Shown piece after piece: positions 1-6,714 of a stretch of 60,101 bases of DNA. Each line of letters opens with the position of its first letter. Position 1 is the stretch's first letter. A program made the translations under genes and the position numbers. Location of the stretch: IMG/VR virus record IMGVR_UViG_3300044970_000208, positions 1 through 60,101 of that record; one strand, given 5' to 3'. Below the pieces are notes generated by a model. It worked only from the letters and a program-made list of their open reading frames with translations, was not told the origin of the DNA and did not search any database. The stretch is from a virus (taxonomy: Duplodnaviria > Caudoviricetes).

Positions 1-127
1 TTGCAACAGAATAAGGGGGACTGTTCAGCATCCCTTTAGCTTCAACCGCTTCTCTACTCAACAAAATATTCATATGCTTCTATATAGGTCTTCATAGCTG
101 CCTATCTTCAGATGTGTAGGCTAGTGA
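1..127. repeat. Terminal direct repeat, copy 1 (circularisation overlap)
   Basis: Identical to 59975-60101; 127 nt is a common maximal assembler k-mer. Confidence 0.95.
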
Positions 128-1079
128 TGAAAGAGTATATAGCTAAACAACAACAAAGTAAACAAAAGAAGAAAAACTAACAATCAGCTATAGTTGATGT
201 CTTCACAGTCGAAATTGCGTTAGAGGCTTTATAGACTTCATAGACTGTGTTTAGCGTTTGATGATTGTCTATAATTGTCTGTCATCACAGAGCAACATCA
301 ATTCATATCAACAACATCATCTATGCTCACTGCATTGCTATGTTGTCTATATAGCCCCTACCCCCTACACCCCATAGTTTTACTCCGATTGAAAATGTTG
401 TCAAGCGATATATTTGCATTTGTTGTTTTGTTGCAACATAGTTGTTGTAAAGACAACACTGTTGTAGATGGTACAACACTTTCACAGTCGATTTTCTGTA
501 GCGCCATAGCCTGTGTTGTCAGAAACGCTTTAATGGTCCTGTAGGGGGTTGTTGTAGGAGCAAGGTAGGGTGGTACTGACCCTGTGACGTTAATCGATTG
601 TAGGCATGCTACAGGCCGTGGGTGGGCTACATAGAATACGGATAGAGCGTTTTAGACGGTGGTGGTTAACAGGTTGAAAAAGACCCTTCCGTGGGCTTGG
701 CGGTATACAAATAGCGCCCCACCCCCTACTGGCCCACGCCCGTGCCGCACAGGGCTGCGCTGCGCTGGCGTGAATGCATAGGTATGCGCTGCTGCGCTGG
801 TGAAGAACACGCGACATATACGTTTCACCAGCCTGTAAAAATCTTCAATGAATTCAAAGACTTACACGCATATGAGAAACTGATTCAAAAACAGTTGCCT
901 GATTTAATTGGGGACAGATTAGTGCCTGTTTTTTAAGCAAATGAGAGACTATCGAATGGCGGTATACGATAGCGATTAACTATCAACCATACCCCCATCC
1001 AACGAAGTCCTGCATCACCTACGCATACAACGACAACCGACAAAGCCCCTACAATCGACAGGGTCTAATAGCCCCACAG

Positions 1080-1109
1080 TTGACAGGGCTTTTGCAAGGT
1101 CGCTACAAT
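1080..1109 (+). promoter_or_regulatory. Early sigma70-type promoter P1
   Basis: TTGACA-18 bp-TACAAT, followed by TGAAAGCATCGA shared with P2 and P3. Confidence 0.85.
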
Positions 1110-1155
1110 TGAAAGCATCGACGGCATCGGGTCGTCGTCTTACCGAAGGTAAACA

Positions 1156-1323
1156 ATGCAAACTACTGAAATCATCATCGCCTTGCAAAACGCAAAACTC
1201 TTCGAAGCAGCGAAGCTGCAATGTGGCAACGTTGACAATTTGTCGATGCTTGTTGCTGTAGCAACAGGAAAGGTGGCGGCATACAATGAATTGTATGATC
1301 TGTACCGTGAATTGATGGCCTAA
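1156..1323 (+). CDS. Early hypothetical protein, 55 aa (MQTTEIIIALQNAK...), not in the ORF track
   Basis: First ATG after P1 and its RBS hairpin; open frame to TAA. Confidence 0.75.
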   Translation: MQTTEIIIALQNAKLFEAAKLQCGNVDNLSMLVAVATGKVAAYNELYDLYRELMA

Positions 1324-1343
1324 CATTTCCGAAGGAAAACATC

Positions 1344-1535
1344 ATGCAAAACATCATTCTTCGCAGCGTCACCAAAGGTGACTATGTCAAACGGAAAGCA
1401 GACAGCAAAGCTGTTTACATCAAGGGCGACTACGACAGGACGACGAAGTCGTTTGAGTTGAAGGATGTCGAAGACATAAACCGCTGTGTTTACGTCAAGG
1501 CAGACAAAATCGTCGTTATCGGCTTCACTTACTGA
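1344..1535 (+). CDS. Early hypothetical protein, 63 aa
   Basis: RBS hairpin, tight operon packing. Confidence 0.8.
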   Translation: MQNIILRSVTKGDYVKRKADSKAVYIKGDYDRTTKSFELKDVEDINRCVYVKADKIVVIGFTY

Positions 1536-1546
1536 AAGTAAACATC

Positions 1547-1774
1547 ATGTTCATCATCATTTCCCTCACATCACTCGCCATTGCTTCCTACATGATGCAA
1601 AACGAAATTGCTTTGCAACTGAAGAAAACCTTCGGTTTTATGACAATCGGTCAAGGCTTCAAAAAGCGTCATTACACATTCACCTACAGCGAAGCTGCAC
1701 AATGGGCAGCATGCTATGATGCAGCGACTGTGTATAAGCGTGGCAACTTCGTTGCAGCAAAGCGTTTCAAATGA
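1547..1774 (+). CDS. Early hypothetical protein, 75 aa, hydrophobic N-terminus
   Basis: RBS hairpin, tight packing. Confidence 0.7.
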   Translation: MFIIISLTSLAIASYMMQNEIALQLKKTFGFMTIGQGFKKRHYTFTYSEAAQWAACYDAATVYKRGNFVAAKRFK

Positions 1775-1782
1775 CCCCACAC

Positions 1783-1812
1783 TTGACAGGGGCTTTTGAA
1801 GGTCTGTATAAT
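1783..1812 (+). promoter_or_regulatory. Early sigma70-type promoter P2
   Basis: Perfect TTGACA-18 bp-TATAAT. Confidence 0.9.
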
Positions 1813-1860
1813 TGAAAGCATCGACGGCAATCCCGCCGTCACTTACCGAAGGTAAACACC

Positions 1861-2568
1861 ATGAAAAACGTACTCTCGATTTCCGCTGATGCAAAAACAG
1901 TCAAGGGCGAAACCCTTGGGTTTCTGACAGGTATTCTCTACCTTGCACCAGCCACAACAACCAAGTGGAACACTTGTTCAATGGCAAAAATTGCACAATG
2001 CGACAAAGCTTGTCTCTACAGTGCTGGTCGTGGAGCTTTTAGCTCTGTACAGCAAGCCCGTATTGCAAAAACTGTGCGCTTCTTCGAAGAGCGTGATAGT
2101 TTTATGGCTGACGTTGTTTTCTCGATCAAGTCGTTGATTCGCAAAGCCAGCAAAGCTGGATTGAAACCTTTGGTTCGCTTGAATGGTACATCTGACATTC
2201 GTTGGGAAACCGTAGGTTTGACAGTTGACGGTGTTGCTTATGCCAACATCTTCGATGTTTTCCCTGACGTTCAATTCTACGACTACACAAAAGACGCAAA
2301 CCGCAAGGCTTTGCCTTTGAACTATGATGTGACTTTTTCCTACAGTGGCGTTGAAGGCTTTAAGCCTTTTGTCAACAAGGCGATGGACAAGGGAATGCGT
2401 ATGGCTGTAGTGTTCCGTAGCGAAGCTACCATCCCTGCATCATTCAAGGGTATCCCGGTTGTGTCAGGTGACAAGTCTGACGTTCGTCACCTTGATGCAC
2501 AGGGTGTCGTGGTCGGTTTGTATGCCAAAGGCAAAGCCAAGAGCGATGCTACAGGCTTTGTAGTGTGA
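1861..2568 (+). CDS. GP88-family protein (Cys-cluster, radical-SAM-like)
   Basis: C-x7-CxxxCLY, RLNGTSD, FYDYTK and TFSYS motifs typical of phage gene product 88. Confidence 0.7.
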   Translation: MKNVLSISADAKTVKGETLGFLTGILYLAPATTTKWNTCSMAKIAQCDKACLYSAGRGAFSSVQQARIAKTVRFFEERDSFMADVVFSIKSLIRKASKAGLKPLVRLNGTSDIRWETVGLTVDGVAYANIFDVFPDVQFYDYTKDANRKALPLNYDVTFSYSGVEGFKPFVNKAMDKGMRMAVVFRSEATIPASFKGIPVVSGDKSDVRHLDAQGVVVGLYAKGKAKSDATGFVV

Positions 2569-2575
2569 GACAACG

Positions 2576-2597
2576 CTTCCCCTTCGGGGGAGGCTTT
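2576..2597 (+). terminator. UUCG-capped hairpin after the GP88 gene, possible weak terminator
   Basis: CTTCCCC-TTCG-GGGGAGG followed by a short CTTT tract. Confidence 0.45.
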
Positions 2598-2637
2598 GCA
2601 AAGTCCCTACAGCAAGCAAGGTTGAATAGCCTTGCAT

Positions 2638-2667
2638 TTGACAGGGGTTTTGCAAAGTCTGCATAAT
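2638..2667 (+). promoter_or_regulatory. Early sigma70-type promoter P3
   Basis: TTGACA-18 bp-CATAAT, homologous to P1 and P2. Confidence 0.8.
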
Positions 2668-2673
2668 TGAAAG

Positions 2674-2955
2674 CATCGATGCATCGGCATCATTACAGCA
2701 ACTGTGTTGCTTTTGTTCTTTAAAAACCTAGTGTGGCGTCAGTATGGCGTCAACATGTAAAGCAAAGCATGTTGACACCTGAAATAGGCCAGCGTGATTG
2801 TAAGCACGTAACGTCTTACACTGCTCATAGCACATGAGGATGAAAATGTGCATAGGGACTACATCATGGCATCGGGGTCGGTGCTATATGATGTGGCTTT
2901 CATAAGCCTTGTGGCACAGGGTCACAGGGTTTATATCAAGCCTTCCTGAAAGGAA
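2674..2955 (+). ncRNA. Structured ~280-nt leader or ncRNA downstream of P3
   Basis: No credible CDS; at least 6 consecutive stems with G-U pairs and a small pseudoknot. Confidence 0.5.
2697..2736 (+). promoter_or_regulatory. boxB-boxA-boxC-like antitermination site
   Basis: Hairpin AGCAAC-TGT-GTTGCT, then TGTTCTTTAAAAA (rrn boxA is TGCTCTTTAACA), then GTGTGG. Confidence 0.6.
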
Positions 2956-2962
2956 ACAAAAC

Positions 2963-3169
2963 ATGCAGTGGAATCTTGAAAATCTCAATGTCACTGCTGT
3001 CTATCTTGACAGCATTCCAGTTGCTGGCATGGTGACATTGTCCCGTGTCAGATATGGTGGTGAAGTATCACATCACATCACTCTCACATCACCCATCACT
3101 GTGTATGGCACAGTGCGTGACAGCGTTATCGTTGATCACAAACACATTCAAACTATTTCTTCTTCCTGA
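2963..3169 (+). CDS. Early hypothetical protein (MQWNLENL...), 68 aa
   Basis: Start reassigned to the ATG after the RBS hairpin. Confidence 0.8.
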   Translation: MQWNLENLNVTAVYLDSIPVAGMVTLSRVRYGGEVSHHITLTSPITVYGTVRDSVIVDHKHIQTISSS

Positions 3170-3180
3170 AAGGAAACAAA

Positions 3181-3390
3181 ATGTATACAACACGACGATC
3201 TGGTTTTGACCGTGAAGATGCCCGTCTGCATTATGCTCAGTTGCAAAGCCGCAAAGCAAAGCTTCAACATCACCTCTTCGCTCTTCAGGAAGCAAGAACT
3301 GAGGCGTACAACATGGGTGAATGGGACAGGGTTGACCGTATCCAGTTGGCTATCGATGACACATCCGATGAACTGAAAAAGCTTTCCTGA
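3181..3390 (+). CDS. Early hypothetical coiled-coil protein, 69 aa
   Basis: RBS hairpin, packing. Confidence 0.8.
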   Translation: MYTTRRSGFDREDARLHYAQLQSRKAKLQHHLFALQEARTEAYNMGEWDRVDRIQLAIDDTSDELKKLS

Positions 3391-3402
3391 AAGGAAACAC
3401 AC

Positions 3403-3789
3403 ATGAAAGTATTCGTCTATTTCAATCTGCATCGCAAATGCTTCAGCATCAAGGCACTGGAAGGCCCGAAGAAGGGCCGTGTCATTGCCCATCGTGACGA
3501 TGTGTTGCTCTTCGATGGCACATTCAAGGTGTCCGAAGCTGGTCGTCAGCGTGTCCTTCGTGAACGTAAAAAGAATGTGCATGCTGGTGTTGTCGGTCAT
3601 TGGGATGAGACAGGCACTGACCTGATAAGCATTGACCGTGTCACCACCATTGGTAGGCCCGTCACCTACAACCCATACAAATACAACACCTTTGTATACT
3701 TGTACGGTGAGCATCCTGTCGGTGGTTGTCGTCTTGTGGCACTGACTGTCAACGAAAACAAACGATCTCACATCAACGTCTGGAATTGA
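3403..3789 (+). CDS. Conserved phage hypothetical protein
   Basis: VYFNLH..CFS and FKVSEAGRQRVLRERKKNVHA motifs seen in a widespread phage family. Confidence 0.85.
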   Translation: MKVFVYFNLHRKCFSIKALEGPKKGRVIAHRDDVLLFDGTFKVSEAGRQRVLRERKKNVHAGVVGHWDETGTDLISIDRVTTIGRPVTYNPYKYNTFVYLYGEHPVGGCRLVALTVNENKRSHINVWN

Positions 3790-3854
3790 CAGCGCTTTGT
3801 AATGCTATTGTATCAGTAGCATTACTGACTCACTGTCGAGTCGTCCTGAAAGGA
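3788..3854 (+). ncRNA. Pseudoknotted intergenic RNA element, copy A
   Basis: ACAGC-N5, 12-bp stem GTAA..TTAC, T, 5-bp stem whose loop pairs with upstream GACAG, then GAA hairpin. Confidence 0.6.
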
Positions 3855-3860
3855 AACATC

Positions 3861-4037
3861 ATGCGTTTAATCACCAAGAAAAACGGCATCGAAATATGGG
3901 CACAGTTTGACCAGTCTGCACAGGTCTATGAGTTGTTCTTCGACAACGAAGGGCAGACATACACTGGATGGGCTGTTGATTCCATCAAAGATGCACTGGC
4001 TGCATCGACTTACATCATCCAAGAACAACTGTCCTGA
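3861..4037 (+). CDS. Early hypothetical protein (MRLITKKNG...), 58 aa
   Basis: Start reassigned to the ATG after the RBS hairpin. Confidence 0.8.
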   Translation: MRLITKKNGIEIWAQFDQSAQVYELFFDNEGQTYTGWAVDSIKDALAASTYIIQEQLS

Positions 4038-4048
4038 AAGGAAACATT

Positions 4049-4429
4049 ATGGGCCTCGATATGTATGCATTCACAGTGGATGCGAAAGATGTTGGTGACG
4101 CTGTCACTGATGTGGCACTGGGTGACAATGCTGTAGAGCTATTCTACTGGCGTAAGTTCAATGCTTTGCATGGTTGGATGGAAAACTTGTATCGCCTCAA
4201 AAAAGGCTTGCGAGTAAGCTTCAATTGCACTACAGTGAGATTGACCAGCGAAGACCTTGACCGACTAGAGATGGACACAGGTAATAACAAGCTTGTACCC
4301 ATCAATGGGTTCTTCTTCGGTGAGCAAACGATATATCCCGAAGACCTCGAAAGCGTTGCAACATTCGTTGCTAAAGCAAGAGAGGCACTGGCTGAGGGCA
4401 AGGCTGTGTATTACGACTCATGGTGGTGA
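4049..4429 (+). CDS. Conserved phage hypothetical protein (MGLDMY...YWRK.N.LHGW...YYDSWW family)
   Basis: Recognisable family motifs, RBS hairpin. Confidence 0.85.
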   Translation: MGLDMYAFTVDAKDVGDAVTDVALGDNAVELFYWRKFNALHGWMENLYRLKKGLRVSFNCTTVRLTSEDLDRLEMDTGNNKLVPINGFFFGEQTIYPEDLESVATFVAKAREALAEGKAVYYDSWW

Positions 4430-4456
4430 TCGCCTTCGGCTCACGTAGCTAACGCT

Positions 4457-4526
4457 ACAGCACCCCGTAACAGCCTTCACTGAGGGTTGTTACTGATGCG
4501 CTGTTGCATCGACACTTCCGTAGGAA
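4457..4526 (+). ncRNA. Pseudoknotted intergenic RNA element, copy B
   Basis: Same geometry as 3788-3854 with compensatory changes. Confidence 0.6.
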
Positions 4527-4531
4527 AACAC

Positions 4532-4798
4532 ATGAAAATCGCAGACTTCATCGCCCAAAGCAAGGGCAAGTTCATCACCATCAACTTCATTAAGAAAGAT
4601 GGCACTGTCCGTAAACTGAATGGTCGCATTGGTGTTACCAAGTATCTCAAGAACGGCACAGCCACTGTCGATCTTGACAAATACCTGATCGTCTATGACA
4701 CCCTCAATGCTGGCTATCGTAGCGTCAACAAAGACACCATCGTGTCGGTGACATGTGAAGGCTTGACCATCAACAACAACGCAATGGTGACAGCATGA
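4532..4798 (+). CDS. Small SH3/Sm-like beta-barrel protein (WYL_2/DUF2693-like)
   Basis: FIKKDGTVRKL and VYDTLNAGYRSV motifs. Confidence 0.6.
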   Translation: MKIADFIAQSKGKFITINFIKKDGTVRKLNGRIGVTKYLKNGTATVDLDKYLIVYDTLNAGYRSVNKDTIVSVTCEGLTINNNAMVTA

Positions 4799-5022
4799 AA
4801 ACATACGCTGTAACAATTGTACGATCTAGCTATGTTGACATCACAGTTGATGCCAACAACAAAGATGAAGCCGAAGCACTGGCTTGGTCACAACAAGACC
4901 GTATGCAGTATGAGTGGAACCCCTCTGATGAATGGGAGACACTCAGAGTTGATGAAATTAAAACACTCGGTGAGCTTGAAGCTGAAAGCACCGATGGTTT
5001 CCGCAACCCTGAAAGAGATTGA
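4795..5022 (+). CDS. Acidic hypothetical protein (DpnD/PcfM-like fold)
   Basis: ITVDANNKDEAEALA pattern; ATGA coupling. Confidence 0.7.
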   Translation: MKTYAVTIVRSSYVDITVDANNKDEAEALAWSQQDRMQYEWNPSDEWETLRVDEIKTLGELEAESTDGFRNPERD

Positions 5023-5023
5023 C

Positions 5024-5296
5024 ATGAGCAAAACATTCACCATCACCGTCTATTCAGACCCCGGTCATGCATGGGGCAAGGTCAAGCGTGATGTGCTGGT
5101 CAACCTCGGCATTGCCGACAAGATTAGCCGCTACAGCTACCAGCGTGGCGACTATGCCTACCTTGAAGAAGACTGTGACCTGACCACGCTGTGCATGGCA
5201 CTGAACGAACGAGATACCCGTGTCAAGTTTGTTGAGAAGCGCAGCGAACGTGACAGCAAAATCAGGTCTTACGAAAGGTATGAATATGGCTTCTAA
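5024..5296 (+). CDS. Conserved phage hypothetical protein (DPGHAW...YLEEDCD)
   Basis: Family motifs; start reassigned to MSKTF. Confidence 0.8.
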   Translation: MSKTFTITVYSDPGHAWGKVKRDVLVNLGIADKISRYSYQRGDYAYLEEDCDLTTLCMALNERDTRVKFVEKRSERDSKIRSYERYEYGF

Positions 5297-5386
5297 TGTG
5301 TGGCCGTTTCCGGCATTTCCTAACCCACTCGACACAGGCCGGAAACAACCTGTGTTTAACCCCAACAACCATGAGGATGCACCTTT

Positions 5387-5857
5387 GTGAGCGTAGCGAA
5401 ACACATCCCCATCGCTGTATTCTGTGGCGCTTTGTTGCTCTCGACAGCATCATGTGAGCATCAACCAGTACCCACCGTGGCACAGGCTAATGAGTTCTGT
5501 TGCATGCTGAAGAACATCTACCACGAAGCACGAGGGGAGGGTGTTGAAGGTATGCAAGCTGTGGCACTGGTCACATTGAACAGGGCTAAGCAGCAAGGCA
5601 AGACAGTCTGCGAAGTTGTATACCAACGTAAGCAATTCTCTTGGGCAAACACTGCGAAGGGTCGTAACAAACCCCTCACAGGCAACATAGATGTTGCATA
5701 CAACGTGGCGTCAGCCGCAATGAGCGACAAGCTCATTGATATCACCTTTGGTGCCACCCACTACCACACTAAGCAGGTCAAACCTGTGTGGCGTAAGGCA
5801 CTGGACAAGGTTGTTGTTATAAACAATCACATTTTTTATAAAGGAAAAACCCAATGA
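5387..5857 (+). CDS. SleB-like cell wall hydrolase (Hydrolase_2)
   Basis: NIYHEARGE, VTLNR, QFSW, GATHYH and HIFY motifs; signal-like N-terminus. Confidence 0.9.
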   Translation: MSVAKHIPIAVFCGALLLSTASCEHQPVPTVAQANEFCCMLKNIYHEARGEGVEGMQAVALVTLNRAKQQGKTVCEVVYQRKQFSWANTAKGRNKPLTGNIDVAYNVASAAMSDKLIDITFGATHYHTKQVKPVWRKALDKVVVINNHIFYKGKTQ

Positions 5858-6069
5858 CTATTCGTGACGATGACACCCCTGAGAAGGCAACACGTAGCCG
5901 AGGCCGTCCCTCATTCGCTGAGAAGGCAGAGCCTACCCTGCGTGACACCTTCTCGCTGGAGGTGATGAAGGGTGTGCTTGCCTCTGGTGTGACAGTGGAA
6001 GACCCGCTTGCACTGAGTAGGTATTGCTACAAGATTGCTGATGCACTGGTGAAGGTCAGAGATGAATAG
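5854..6069 (+). CDS. Hypothetical protein (TLRDxF...YxIADAL family) with RGRP AT-hook-like motif
   Basis: Motif recognition, ATGA coupling. Confidence 0.75.
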   Translation: MTIRDDDTPEKATRSRGRPSFAEKAEPTLRDTFSLEVMKGVLASGVTVEDPLALSRYCYKIADALVKVRDE

Positions 6070-6244
6070 TACTAACATAGCCTACACTGTAGGTAGGCTG
6101 CATGGGTTACGTAACATGCCTGCCTATCCACTCTTCCCCGAAGGTACTTGGGAAGCTATGCAATACAGACAAGGCTACATCGATGGTGCTGTGGCTCTGG
6201 AAGATGACATACTTAAGGAAAAGACATGGACAACGAAACAGTGA
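6062..6244 (+). CDS. Hypothetical protein, 60 aa
   Basis: Overlap packing; YRQGYIDG motif. Confidence 0.65.
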   Translation: MNSTNIAYTVGRLHGLRNMPAYPLFPEGTWEAMQYRQGYIDGAVALEDDILKEKTWTTKQ

Positions 6245-6381
6245 CAATATCCAAGAAAGAATACGAAGACTTACTCGACTCACAACTTTGGCTCGATTGT
6301 TTGGAGTCAGCGGGTGTAGATAATTGGGGTGGGTATGACGAGGCTATCAAAGAATATCGAGGTGCTAAAGATGCTGAGTGA
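6226..6381 (+). CDS. Small acidic protein, gp5.9-like (possible RecBCD inhibitor/DNA mimic), not in the ORF track
   Basis: MDNETVTISKKEYEDLLDSQLWLDCLESAGVDNWGGYDEAIKEY; AAGGA RBS. Confidence 0.6.
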   Translation: MDNETVTISKKEYEDLLDSQLWLDCLESAGVDNWGGYDEAIKEYRGAKDAE

Positions 6382-6610
6382 AATTGACATTCAAGACTTC
6401 GACGTGCTGCCAGTGCGTGAGTTGTACAAGGTGAAGCCACGTAGCTACATCAAGCTGCCGTGGATGGACGGTACAGGCATTGACGAGGTGGTGTTCTTTG
6501 ACCACATCGATGGTATGTACAGCTACTGTGTGAACATGAACAACGAAGTGATACATCTGCAAGCATGGGCAGAGGTTGCACCGCTTGTGAAGAAAGCAAA
6601 GCCCGACTAA
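6371..6610 (+). CDS. Hypothetical protein (FDHIDGMYSYC motif)
   Basis: Start reassigned to MLSEID after GAGG. Confidence 0.7.
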   Translation: MLSEIDIQDFDVLPVRELYKVKPRSYIKLPWMDGTGIDEVVFFDHIDGMYSYCVNMNNEVIHLQAWAEVAPLVKKAKPD

Positions 6611-6636
6611 TTTGTAGGGTTTTCTGGATGGTTTAT

Positions 6637-6666
6637 TTGACAAGCCATCTGGAAAGCCTTTACACT
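6637..6666 (+). promoter_or_regulatory. sigma70-type promoter P4 inside an inverted repeat
   Basis: TTGACA-18 bp-TACACT upstream of DUF932. Confidence 0.7.
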
Positions 6667-6714
6667 GAAGGCCCAACTCGGCAATCATGCCACAACCTAG
6701 CAAGGAAACACATC

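Larger units (their letters stand above)
1140..4526 (+). repeat. Dispersed family of 10 GNA-loop mini-hairpins over early RBSs (starts 1140, 1326, 1529, 1843, 2943, 3163, 3383, 3844, 4032, 4516)
   Basis: TTACC-GAA-GGTAA, TTTCC-GAA-GGAAA, TTACT-GAA-AGTAA, TTCCT-GAA-AGGAA, TTCC-GTA-GGAA; each ends 3-7 nt before an ATG. Confidence 0.85.

Noticed and set aside
1-127. 127-bp end repeat as a biological terminal repeat
   Set aside because: The length equals a standard assembler k-mer and it overlaps a gene; better explained as circular overlap
275-936. Short ORFs in the terminal intergenic region
   Set aside because: No RBS, non-ATG starts and atypical composition
4493-4530. Hammerhead core at CTGATGC
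   Set aside because: Not CUGANGA, and the homologous copy reads CTGACTC
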